A stretch of DNA of 64,000 nt. It comes from Syntrophales bacterium. GTDB taxonomy: Bacteria; Desulfobacterota; Syntrophia; Syntrophales; UBA4778. Location: the NCBI GenBank assembly GCA_041946925.1, contig JBHGBI010000001.1, forward strand, positions 32,884-96,883, read 5' to 3'. Shown piece by piece: positions 30,447 to 38,311 of this stretch. Position 1 is the first letter of the stretch; each line of letters begins with the position of its first letter. A program made the position numbers and the translations under genes. The notes below the pieces were generated by a model. It had not been told where the DNA came from. It saw only the letters and a list, made by a program, of their open reading frames with translations, and did no database searches.

Positions 30447-31649
30447 ATGGCTGCAGGAATCAAGAACGAAGTAGCTATCATCGGTATGGGTTGTACAAAG
30501 TTCGGGGAGCTTTGGGACAAGAGCGGGACGGATCTCATTGTGGAGGCGTTCCAGGAGGCTATCGAGGACGCGGGTATTGAGAAGAAGGATATCGGGGCTG
30601 TCTGGTTTACCAACTGTTTCGAGGAGATCAATTTCGGGAAGAGCGCCATTCCCCTGCCGAAGACGTTGAAACTTCCGTTTGTCCCGGTGACAAGGGTCGA
30701 AAACTTCTGCGCGAGCGGCTCCGACGGGTTCCGCAATGCCTGCTATGCCGTGGCGTCAGGGGCATGCGACATCGCCATGGCACTCGGCGCCGAAAAGCTG
30801 AAGGACACGGGCTACGGCGGGCTGCCCGATTTCGGGACTGTTATGGGAACGGAAAACAGGATGCTCTTCCCTAATGTTACCGCGCCGGGCGGATTCGCCA
30901 TGACCGCGACCGCTTATTTTTCGAAATACGGACTCTCGGCGCAAGAGGGCAAGAGGGCGCTTGCCCACATCTCCGTCAAGAGCCATCACAACGGCGCGCT
31001 GAACCCGAAAGCCCACCTCCGGCGGGAGGTTACAATAGAGCAGGTCATGCAGGCTCCCATTGTGGCGTGGCCGCTCGGCCTCTTCGACTGCTGCGGCGTG
31101 AGTGATGGGGCGGCATGCGCCATCATCTGCCGGGCCGATAAGGCCAGGCAGTTCAGAAAAGATCCCGTTTACGTGAAAGCCCTCCAGATCGCGGCCACAT
31201 CGGGAGAAGAGCTCGCTTACCGGGATTGGGACATCGCCCACATCGAGACGACTTACAGGGCGGGAATACAGGCCTACAAGGAAGCAGGGATCACCAAGCC
31301 GAGAGAGGAAATAAGCATGATGGAGGTCCATGACTGCTTTTCGATCACCGAGTTCGTTACTTACGAAGACCTGCAGATATCGCCCCGCGGGAAGGCAAGG
31401 GATGATGTGGAATCCGGATTTTACGACCTGGACGGGAAAATACCCTGCCAGCCGGACGGCGGTCTCAAGTGCTTCGGTCACCCCATCGGGGCCTCGGGGC
31501 TGAGGATGATCTATGAGATGTATAAACAGCTCCAGGGAAAGGCGGACAAAAGGCAAATCAAAAATCCCCGTATCGGTCTCACCCACAACCTGGGCGGGTT
31601 TCCCTCGATGAGTGTTGTGAGCGTGGTCATTGTGGGGAATGAGCTTTAA
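30447..31649 (+). CDS. thiolase (SCP-x / DUF35-partner type acetyl-CoA C-acyltransferase)
   Basis: 400 aa with catalytic Cys in VENFCASGS and a C-terminal GGLKCFGHPIGASG motif. Confidence 0.85.
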   Translation: MAAGIKNEVAIIGMGCTKFGELWDKSGTDLIVEAFQEAIEDAGIEKKDIGAVWFTNCFEEINFGKSAIPLPKTLKLPFVPVTRVENFCASGSDGFRNACYAVASGACDIAMALGAEKLKDTGYGGLPDFGTVMGTENRMLFPNVTAPGGFAMTATAYFSKYGLSAQEGKRALAHISVKSHHNGALNPKAHLRREVTIEQVMQAPIVAWPLGLFDCCGVSDGAACAIICRADKARQFRKDPVYVKALQIAATSGEELAYRDWDIAHIETTYRAGIQAYKEAGITKPREEISMMEVHDCFSITEFVTYEDLQISPRGKARDDVESGFYDLDGKIPCQPDGGLKCFGHPIGASGLRMIYEMYKQLQGKADKRQIKNPRIGLTHNLGGFPSMSVVSVVIVGNEL

Positions 31650-31667
31650 AATGGGACATGGAGTTTT

Positions 31668-32756
31668 ATGGGGAAGGTCAGTATCGTCCGCACGGCCGGG
31701 GAAGTCGGGGAGGCGCTGATCCGCGCTCTCGACCTGATTGGCGGTCCTGAACAATTCATGGACCATAATGACGTGATCATGCTGAAGCCGAATCTGAACG
31801 GGACGGAAGGGTTCACGGACATCCGCCTTGCGGAATCGATGATCCGCCTGATTCTCGATTTCCGGGTGAAGAGATTGCTCATTGCGGAATCCTGCTTCGG
31901 AAATCCCGGCATGACGGACATGTTTTTCAACAAGACCGGATACTCCGGCCTCGCGAAAAGATACGGGATTGATCTGATAAATCTGAATAAGTCGGAAGCG
32001 GTGGAAACCAGGGTGAAAAAGCCTTTGATCCTTGACAGGCTGAAGATAGCCCGCGAGGTCTTTGAGGTGGACCGGATCATCAACATGCCGGTCATGAAAG
32101 TCCACTACGCAACCGGCGTTACGCTGTCCTTGAAGAATCTGAAAGGGCTGCTGGTGGGGGATGAGAAAAGGCGCTTTCATGAGGTCGGTCTCGATAGGGC
32201 CATCGTCGACTTGAACAACACTATAAAACCCGACCTGAACATCATCGATTGCATATCCTGCATGGAGAGAATGGGTCCGAGAGGGGGCGATGTGGTAAAC
32301 TTGAACCTGCTTATCGCCGGAAGAGACTGCGCCGAGGTCGATTACGTCGGAATGGAGATCATGGGTTACCGCCCGGATGAGGTCAGGCATTTTCTTTATT
32401 ATATAAACGAAAACAACGTGGACGTGAACGGCATTGAGGTGGCCGGAGAGAAAATCAGCGATGTGAAATACAAATTCAAGAAGGCGAAGCTGGAGAATAT
32501 CCTGCCCGGATCGTTCAGGATCAGGAACAGGAATGCTTGTAGTTCGTGCATGAATGCACTGCTCCTGTCCTGTCAGATTCTCGAAAAACCCGCCTCTCGC
32601 GATGTCCTTTTTTACCTGGGTTCGGACCTCGATGAAGAAAAAGCCGATGCAATTACCATTGCGTTCGGAAATTGCTGTACAACGAGGGCGGACCGCAGGA
32701 TCAGGGGATGCCCCCCGTATCCTTTCGAATTGAAGAGGATCCTGGAGGGAAGTTAG
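31668..32756 (+). CDS. DUF362 domain-containing protein
   Basis: The N-terminal KVSIVRT...DVIMLKPNLNG pattern is typical of DUF362. The C-terminal part is Cys-rich (CSSCMNALLLSC; GNCC; GCPPYP). Confidence 0.6.
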   Translation: MGKVSIVRTAGEVGEALIRALDLIGGPEQFMDHNDVIMLKPNLNGTEGFTDIRLAESMIRLILDFRVKRLLIAESCFGNPGMTDMFFNKTGYSGLAKRYGIDLINLNKSEAVETRVKKPLILDRLKIAREVFEVDRIINMPVMKVHYATGVTLSLKNLKGLLVGDEKRRFHEVGLDRAIVDLNNTIKPDLNIIDCISCMERMGPRGGDVVNLNLLIAGRDCAEVDYVGMEIMGYRPDEVRHFLYYINENNVDVNGIEVAGEKISDVKYKFKKAKLENILPGSFRIRNRNACSSCMNALLLSCQILEKPASRDVLFYLGSDLDEEKADAITIAFGNCCTTRADRRIRGCPPYPFELKRILEGS

Positions 32757-32781
32757 CTGTTCGGAAGGATTCTCACTGAGG

Positions 32782-33195
32782 TTATCTCAGAAATCCTCTT
32801 CTGCCCGCGCGTATGAGATGATCGAGACTGAAGTTTCCCGGTCCCAGGATGAGCAGAAGGAGCAATCCTCCGAACATGCTCACGTTTTTCATGAATTGGA
32901 TTTTCTGCATCGGGTCGGCGATGTTTCCGTGAAAGATGATTGTTGTGGGAATCATGAAGACAAGCAGGATGAAGGCTCCGTATCTGGCGAAATAGCCGAG
33001 GATCACGGTGATACTTCCCGCAATCTCGCAGAATATGGCGCCGACTAACAGATAGGGCGTCAAGGGAATGCCGTGCTGGGCCATTATTTGTTCAGTCCCT
33101 CCGAAATTTGCTATCTTGCCGATACCTGAGACCAGAAAAATAAAAACCAAGAGAATTCTCCCGATCAGCACTGCCGACGATTTCCAGAATTCCAT
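32782..33195 (-). CDS. DoxX family membrane protein
   Basis: Start at the ATG after AAGGAG (MEFWKSS...). Four predicted TM helices, with the LLVFIFLVSGIGKI motif typical of DoxX. Confidence 0.7.
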   Translation of the reverse strand: MEFWKSSAVLIGRILLVFIFLVSGIGKIANFGGTEQIMAQHGIPLTPYLLVGAIFCEIAGSITVILGYFARYGAFILLVFMIPTTIIFHGNIADPMQKIQFMKNVSMFGGLLLLLILGPGNFSLDHLIRAGRRGFLR

Positions 33196-33450
33196 TTTCC
33201 GGCTCCTTAATTTATTTAGATTCAGAATCAAAGCATATATTCATCCTTCTGCAAGTCCCGGGCGACATTTTCGACTCTCTACAGGATCAAGATACATCCT
33301 TTCATGTTGCCGTAAAAGTCTTTTTTTCAAGACGCCGGATCGCTCATCCCGCAGTTGACATTACGATGTATGTAGGCAATTATTGTCGAGGATGGACACC
33401 TCTTTACGGAGAGGCGCGGGTCACGAACAAGAAGGAATCAAGGAGAATTC

Positions 33451-36099
33451 GTGAGAAAGGGAAAAAAGATAGCGGCGATCGTCGCGGGGGCGATTGCGGC
33501 AGTCATCGTCGTAGTCGCTGTCGTCCTGTTTTTCGCCGCCGACATGCTGATCAACTCCGATTGGGTAAAAAACCGTGTGACAGCCGGGATCTCCCGTGCC
33601 GTCGAAGGCAGCACCTCGTACGAAAAAGTGGACGTGGCTTTTTTCCCGCGGCTGTTCATAACGGTCCACCGGCTGACTGTTTCACGTCCGGAGGAAAGCG
33701 GTACTGTCAAGACAATTTTTATATATCCAGAATTTATTTCCTTTCTGAGAGGCGACCTCCGTATAAAAGAAATCAGGGCTGAAGAACCCTCTTTCAATAT
33801 CGTCCTGCCGAAAAGAAGGGAGCCTTTTTCGCTGACCGCTCTGGAAAAGAAAATAACCCCGGTTTTCGAAAGCATCGTGGAGCATGCTCCCGCGCTCAAT
33901 CTCCATATTGCAAGGGGCACTCTCACGATTGCGGAATCGGGAGGCGAGCCGATTGTTTTCCGCAATATCGAGCTGCAGGCTTCGCTTGCTGACGGCCTTA
34001 ACCTGACCGCGGGGAGCGATTCCTCGGCCTGGGGTAGAGTCGAGCTGAGGGGCCGGATTCTGCATGATCCCGGGGCGATTACTGTTGATGGCATTAGCGG
34101 CGTCTTCGGGAAATCGAAGATCTCCGGACTTTCCGGACGGCTCGACTGGAGCGGAGCGGCTTATCTGAATGCGCAGGCGTCAAGTGCCTTCATCGTCCTT
34201 GAAGAATTGCATACCTGGGGGGCCGCATGGATGAAGAATGTTTTCCGGCAGTTGAAGTCCATTCGCGGCACTGTCACTCTTACCTCCATCCGTTTCGAAG
34301 GGCCTCTTGAGAAGCCGGATAAATGGCTCTGCAGCTTTTCCGGTGCACTGGAAAACGTCGCCGTCGACGCATCACCCGCGCCCGCGCCGGTCCGAATCTC
34401 CGGTGCAAAATTCGCCGTCGCCCGGGACATGTTTTCCTTTCAGAACGCGCATACGGCCTTTCTCGACACGTCGCTTGTACTGTCGGGCAGCGTGCAGATG
34501 AAGGGGATGGAAACGAGCGGCCCCGCGGATGTCACTTTTTCGGGGGCCATCGGGAATGATACCGTCCGGTGGGCCTCCGGGCTCTTTACCGTGCCCGCGA
34601 TTTTCCGGATTCCCCCATCCCTCTGCGTCACGCGGGCGCGGGTGATGTGGAATGCATGGAACCGCTTTTTACTGGAGGGGGATTTCATCCTTCCGGAGGG
34701 GCCGCGCATCGTGCTTGATCTCAGCCGCACTCCTTCAGAGGCCGTAATCCGCCGGATGCACATCAAAGATAAAAAATCCGATGCGATCATTTCACTTGTG
34801 CTTGCCCGGGGGTCGGTCGGATTTTCCTTTTCCGGGAATCTTCAAAAAGAGACCGTGGACGCACTGCTTTACAATGATCAGCCGCGGGACGCGTGGGTGG
34901 CGGGCAACCTGACCGGCTCCGTAATCATTGATAATCCGGTGCTATCGACGGCGCGCGGCGCCGTCAGGGCGGGCAATGTTTCCATCCCGATCAGGAATGA
35001 GCTTCCCCTGATCGTCCATTCTCTCGCGCTCAGGGCTGATGCCGATAAGTACATCGTGGATTCCTCCGGACTCTCCTGGATGGATCAGACATTTTCCGCA
35101 AAAGGCTCGATCAGAAAGATCGACGGGGACTTTGTCCTGGACATGGATATTTCCGCTGACCGGATCGGATTGGACCGGATCATCGCCCGTTACAAGCCTG
35201 CCGGTGCGGAGGGGCAGGAAGGCGGCAAAGAGGGAACCGGGCCGGAGCGGAAGGGCTGGATATGGGATCTTCCCGTCCGGGGGGCAGTCAGGATCGCAGC
35301 CAACAGGCTTTCTTACAGCAGGTACAATGCCGAGCCATTTACCGCTGAGATCGTCCTCAAGCCTGAACAGATCACTGTTATTGTCGATAAGGCGCTCGTG
35401 TGCGGCTTGCCGGTGCCGGGTGTCATGAATGTAACGCCCGGGGAACTTACAATGGATTTCCGGTCCGTTTCGGTGAACAAGGAACTCCCACCGGTGCTTT
35501 CCTGCCTTTTCGGGGGCGCCGAAAGTATCACTGGCAGATTCGATTTCCGGGCGCGGATGAAGGCGAACGGGAATGTGCTCGATTCTCTCAAGGCGGACGG
35601 GGAGCTGTCCATCCGGGACGGGAGAATATACAAACTCGAGTTGCTGAGCAAGATACTGGAGTTCATCAATATCACGCAGGTCCTGACCGGGAGACTGCCG
35701 GGCATCGGCAAGGAAGGGATGCCGTTCGACCGCGTAAAATTAATAGGGCAGATGCAGGACAGAAAATTGGAGCTGAACCGGATTCTGATGGATGGTCCGA
35801 CGCTGGGAATCGTCGGGGAGGGAACAATTGATTTCGCCAAGAACGAAATGAATCTCACGCTGCTCGTTTCTCCTCTCAGGACGGTGGATACCCTCCTGAG
35901 GAAGATACCTGTCCTGAGGAAACTCCGCAAGGTCGCCACGATTCCAGTGGGAGTCTACGGCAGGCCTGACGACCCCCTTATTGTGCCTTTGTCCCCGGCG
36001 GCGGTCGGCTCGCAGATCCTGGAGATCATGAAAAGCATTCTCAAGGCCCCACTTGATATCTTCACCCCCATATTGCCGGATAGAAAGAAGAAAAAATAA
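33451..36099 (+). CDS. AsmA family protein
   Basis: 882 aa with a GTG start after AAGGAG. N-terminal anchor (KKIAAIVAGAIAAVIVVVAVVLFFA), a long beta-rich body, and a C-terminal AsmA_2-like segment. Confidence 0.7.
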   Translation: MRKGKKIAAIVAGAIAAVIVVVAVVLFFAADMLINSDWVKNRVTAGISRAVEGSTSYEKVDVAFFPRLFITVHRLTVSRPEESGTVKTIFIYPEFISFLRGDLRIKEIRAEEPSFNIVLPKRREPFSLTALEKKITPVFESIVEHAPALNLHIARGTLTIAESGGEPIVFRNIELQASLADGLNLTAGSDSSAWGRVELRGRILHDPGAITVDGISGVFGKSKISGLSGRLDWSGAAYLNAQASSAFIVLEELHTWGAAWMKNVFRQLKSIRGTVTLTSIRFEGPLEKPDKWLCSFSGALENVAVDASPAPAPVRISGAKFAVARDMFSFQNAHTAFLDTSLVLSGSVQMKGMETSGPADVTFSGAIGNDTVRWASGLFTVPAIFRIPPSLCVTRARVMWNAWNRFLLEGDFILPEGPRIVLDLSRTPSEAVIRRMHIKDKKSDAIISLVLARGSVGFSFSGNLQKETVDALLYNDQPRDAWVAGNLTGSVIIDNPVLSTARGAVRAGNVSIPIRNELPLIVHSLALRADADKYIVDSSGLSWMDQTFSAKGSIRKIDGDFVLDMDISADRIGLDRIIARYKPAGAEGQEGGKEGTGPERKGWIWDLPVRGAVRIAANRLSYSRYNAEPFTAEIVLKPEQITVIVDKALVCGLPVPGVMNVTPGELTMDFRSVSVNKELPPVLSCLFGGAESITGRFDFRARMKANGNVLDSLKADGELSIRDGRIYKLELLSKILEFINITQVLTGRLPGIGKEGMPFDRVKLIGQMQDRKLELNRILMDGPTLGIVGEGTIDFAKNEMNLTLLVSPLRTVDTLLRKIPVLRKLRKVATIPVGVYGRPDDPLIVPLSPAAVGSQILEIMKSILKAPLDIFTPILPDRKKKK

Positions 36100-36362
36100 T
36101 TTTCTGTTAATTGAGTTAGTCTCTCCCTCGGGGATGGTGACCCCCGTATTCTTGAGCTGTTTTTCTCCGCCGCGGTAAGGATCAAAGAAGCCGCAATCAG
36201 GACCAAAAGGCGATAGATCCCGCGGACCCGCAATAGAGGAAACCCAGTTTCAGTCCGCCTGCTGTCCATCATAGTTCTCTTTTGGATTTTTTATTCTGAA
36301 GCCCGACTTTTCTGAAAGCATAGCATTTCCGTTCCATAATTCACAAACAGGATTTCCCATAC

Positions 36363-36391
36363 TTGACAGGTTTCCGGAAATCCTTTAATCT
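36363..36391 (+). promoter_or_regulatory. sigma-70-type promoter of the EamA gene (TTGACA-N17-TAATCT) with an embedded palindrome
   Basis: TTGACA at 36363-36368 and TAATCT at 36386-36391. The ATG at 36400 follows with no visible SD. Confidence 0.4.
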
Positions 36392-36399
36392 CGCAGCCC

Positions 36400-37314
36400 A
36401 TGTGCCCGCAAAAAACGATTTCCAGCGCAGGATTCAAAAAGGGACCTCTGCTGGCCCTTGTCTTTCTCACTCTTATCTGGGGTTACAACTGGGTGGTCAT
36501 GAAGGAGGGTCTCCGTTTCTGCGGACCCTTTGTCTTCGCCGCCCTCCGAACCGTCCCGTCTTCGCTCTTCCTCTTCGTCCTTCTCCTCTGGAAAAGGAAA
36601 GATCCACGGCCCTGGAATGCAAAGCTCATGATCCTCCTCGGCATCCTTTCCACGACGGCGGGTCTGGGGCTACCCATGTGGGCCCTCGTGAGCGGCAGTG
36701 CCGGTAAGACCGCCATCCTCCTGTACACGATGCCTTTCTGGGCGTTGATCCTTGCCTGGCCGATCCTGGGCGAGAGAATCCATGGGCTTGAATGGCCGGC
36801 GATCTTTACTGCGTTTGCCGGGCTTGTATTGATCCTGAAGATAGGGGCGGTCAGCGACGACCTGTTCAGCAGTTTGCTCGCCGTGCTTGCCGGAATTGCC
36901 TGGGCGGGAAGCGCCGTCGTAACCCGCATTTTACGGAGGCGCCCCGGGTTTGATCTCTTATCGCTGACGGCTTGGCAGATGATATTCGGCACCCCCATCC
37001 TCGTGGCTGTCGCGTTCCTCGTCCCCGCCCCGCAGACCCAATGGACGCCTTTCTTCGTCGGGGCGCTTCTCTATAATATCTTTTTCACGAGTGTTATCGC
37101 CTTTCTCCTGTGGTTCTACATCCTCGATAATCTTTCCGCGGGCGTGGCGACCATGTCGACCCTTGCCACCCCCGTGGTCAGTATTATCTCGGCGGCGGTG
37201 CAGTTGGGCGAGATACCCTCGCCGAAAGAGGCACTCGGCATGCTCCTTATTCTGGCCGGCATCGGGCTTCTGTGTTACATGACGCTGAGGAGGAATAGCA
37301 ACAACCAAGACTAG
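36400..37314 (+). CDS. EamA/DMT family transporter
   Basis: 304 aa, ~10 TM helices, two EamA repeats. Confidence 0.8.
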   Translation: MCPQKTISSAGFKKGPLLALVFLTLIWGYNWVVMKEGLRFCGPFVFAALRTVPSSLFLFVLLLWKRKDPRPWNAKLMILLGILSTTAGLGLPMWALVSGSAGKTAILLYTMPFWALILAWPILGERIHGLEWPAIFTAFAGLVLILKIGAVSDDLFSSLLAVLAGIAWAGSAVVTRILRRRPGFDLLSLTAWQMIFGTPILVAVAFLVPAPQTQWTPFFVGALLYNIFFTSVIAFLLWFYILDNLSAGVATMSTLATPVVSIISAAVQLGEIPSPKEALGMLLILAGIGLLCYMTLRRNSNNQD

Positions 37315-37451
37315 GGCCTCTCCTTTTTCTTATTTCCTTTCCGCTTTTCCGAACCCGCGAAATCAGGAATATCCGGATACCCTTTTCGGCCCGCGCCCTG
37401 AATAATATCATAAGGACTTGCTCCTGAAAAAAAAGGAAGGAGGAATGAATC

Positions 37452-37628
37452 ATGGGGAAAGCATTACGTTGCCGAGACCTGGGCGTTGCCTGCGATTTTT
37501 CGGCAGAGGGCGAGACCGATGAAGAGGTCTTAAACGAAATGAAAAAGCATGCAAAGAACGACCACAATCTCGACTGGTCCACGATCGTGGAAGCGGAGTG
37601 GAAGAAAAACATTCATGTGGTCCCTTGA
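37452..37628 (+). CDS. DUF1059 domain-containing small protein
   Basis: Absent from the ORF track (58 aa). Manual translation gives MGKALRCRDLGVACDFSAEGETDEEVLNEMKKHAKNDHNLDWSTIVEAEWKKNIHVVP. It follows a strong SD (AAGGAGG), and the M-x-K-x-L-x-C-x-D-x-G-x-x-C-D-F pattern matches DUF1059. Confidence 0.6.
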   Translation: MGKALRCRDLGVACDFSAEGETDEEVLNEMKKHAKNDHNLDWSTIVEAEWKKNIHVVP

Positions 37629-37638
37629 TCCGCATTAC

Positions 37639-37677
37639 GGCTGATCATCCGCCCCCGGGTGGGGCGGATGATCAGCC
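37639..37677. terminator. bidirectional terminator hairpin between convergent genes
   Basis: Perfect 17-bp stem: GGCTGATCATCCGCCCC (37639-37655), loop CGGGT, GGGGCGGATGATCAGCC (37661-37677). Confidence 0.7.
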
Positions 37678-37690
37678 GGAACTCATTTTC

Positions 37691-38233
37691 TCAAGCAACT
37701 TTTATTTTGTTTGCTTTCAGAAAACGTTGGACAAAAAGAGGGGATACTTCCGCTTTTGCCAGCTTGCTCAGGATCTTCGACCATTCAGTGGATGGTATAT
37801 TCCTCATTTCCAATTTGTAATGGCATGATTTGTAGACCGCAGCTATTTTCCTTTTTTCGAGAAACAGGCATGTAACATTCCGCAGTTCCTTATATCCCCG
37901 GCAGTCGACATTACCGGAGCCGAAATCGGAATATACGGGGAAAAGCCGGCACGATTCCGGCTTGATTTCCTGTATGAGACATTTGTTGCTTTTCGTATCC
38001 AGGAAACAGCAATCCTTCGGAGCGCCGGAATTATATGCATCGAAATGGTCGGCCAGCAGCGTTTCGATCTCCTCCAGGGATTTGTTCAGAATTCTGGATA
38101 TCTCCGGGAGCTGGTCTTTGAAAATATGCGGGAAATATTTCCTGCAGCAATTGCCGCATTGATAGCAGATGAAGGGTATGATGACGTCGTACTTTGACAG
38201 TACGACAATTTCGCATAAATCCCGGCTTTCCAT
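37691..38233 (-). CDS. YkgJ family cysteine-cluster protein (UPF0153, CxxCxxCC)
   Basis: 180 aa with CYQCGNCCRKYFP and a second Cys group (DCCFLD...KCLIQEIKPESCRLFP). Visibly lower GC than its neighbours. Confidence 0.65.
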   Translation of the reverse strand: MESRDLCEIVVLSKYDVIIPFICYQCGNCCRKYFPHIFKDQLPEISRILNKSLEEIETLLADHFDAYNSGAPKDCCFLDTKSNKCLIQEIKPESCRLFPVYSDFGSGNVDCRGYKELRNVTCLFLEKRKIAAVYKSCHYKLEMRNIPSTEWSKILSKLAKAEVSPLFVQRFLKANKIKVA

Positions 38234-38311
38234 AAAACCTCCTTATCAGGGAGGTCATCCGTGATCTGCACCCGAAATAGATGTGACATTAATTCTCATT
38301 CTCTCAACCCC

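Noticed and set aside
30756-32390. 544-aa minus-strand ORF, the longest unexplained ORF in the track
   Set aside because: It lies entirely antisense to the thiolase and DUF362 genes, both of which have clear family signatures and SD sequences. Its translation is Arg/His/Pro/Gly-rich with no recognisable motif, and it has no SD. It is a typical shadow ORF of GC-rich coding DNA.
35955-36272. 105-aa minus-strand ORF downstream of asmA
   Set aside because: It overlaps the asmA 3' end by ~145 nt, has no SD and has an implausible composition.
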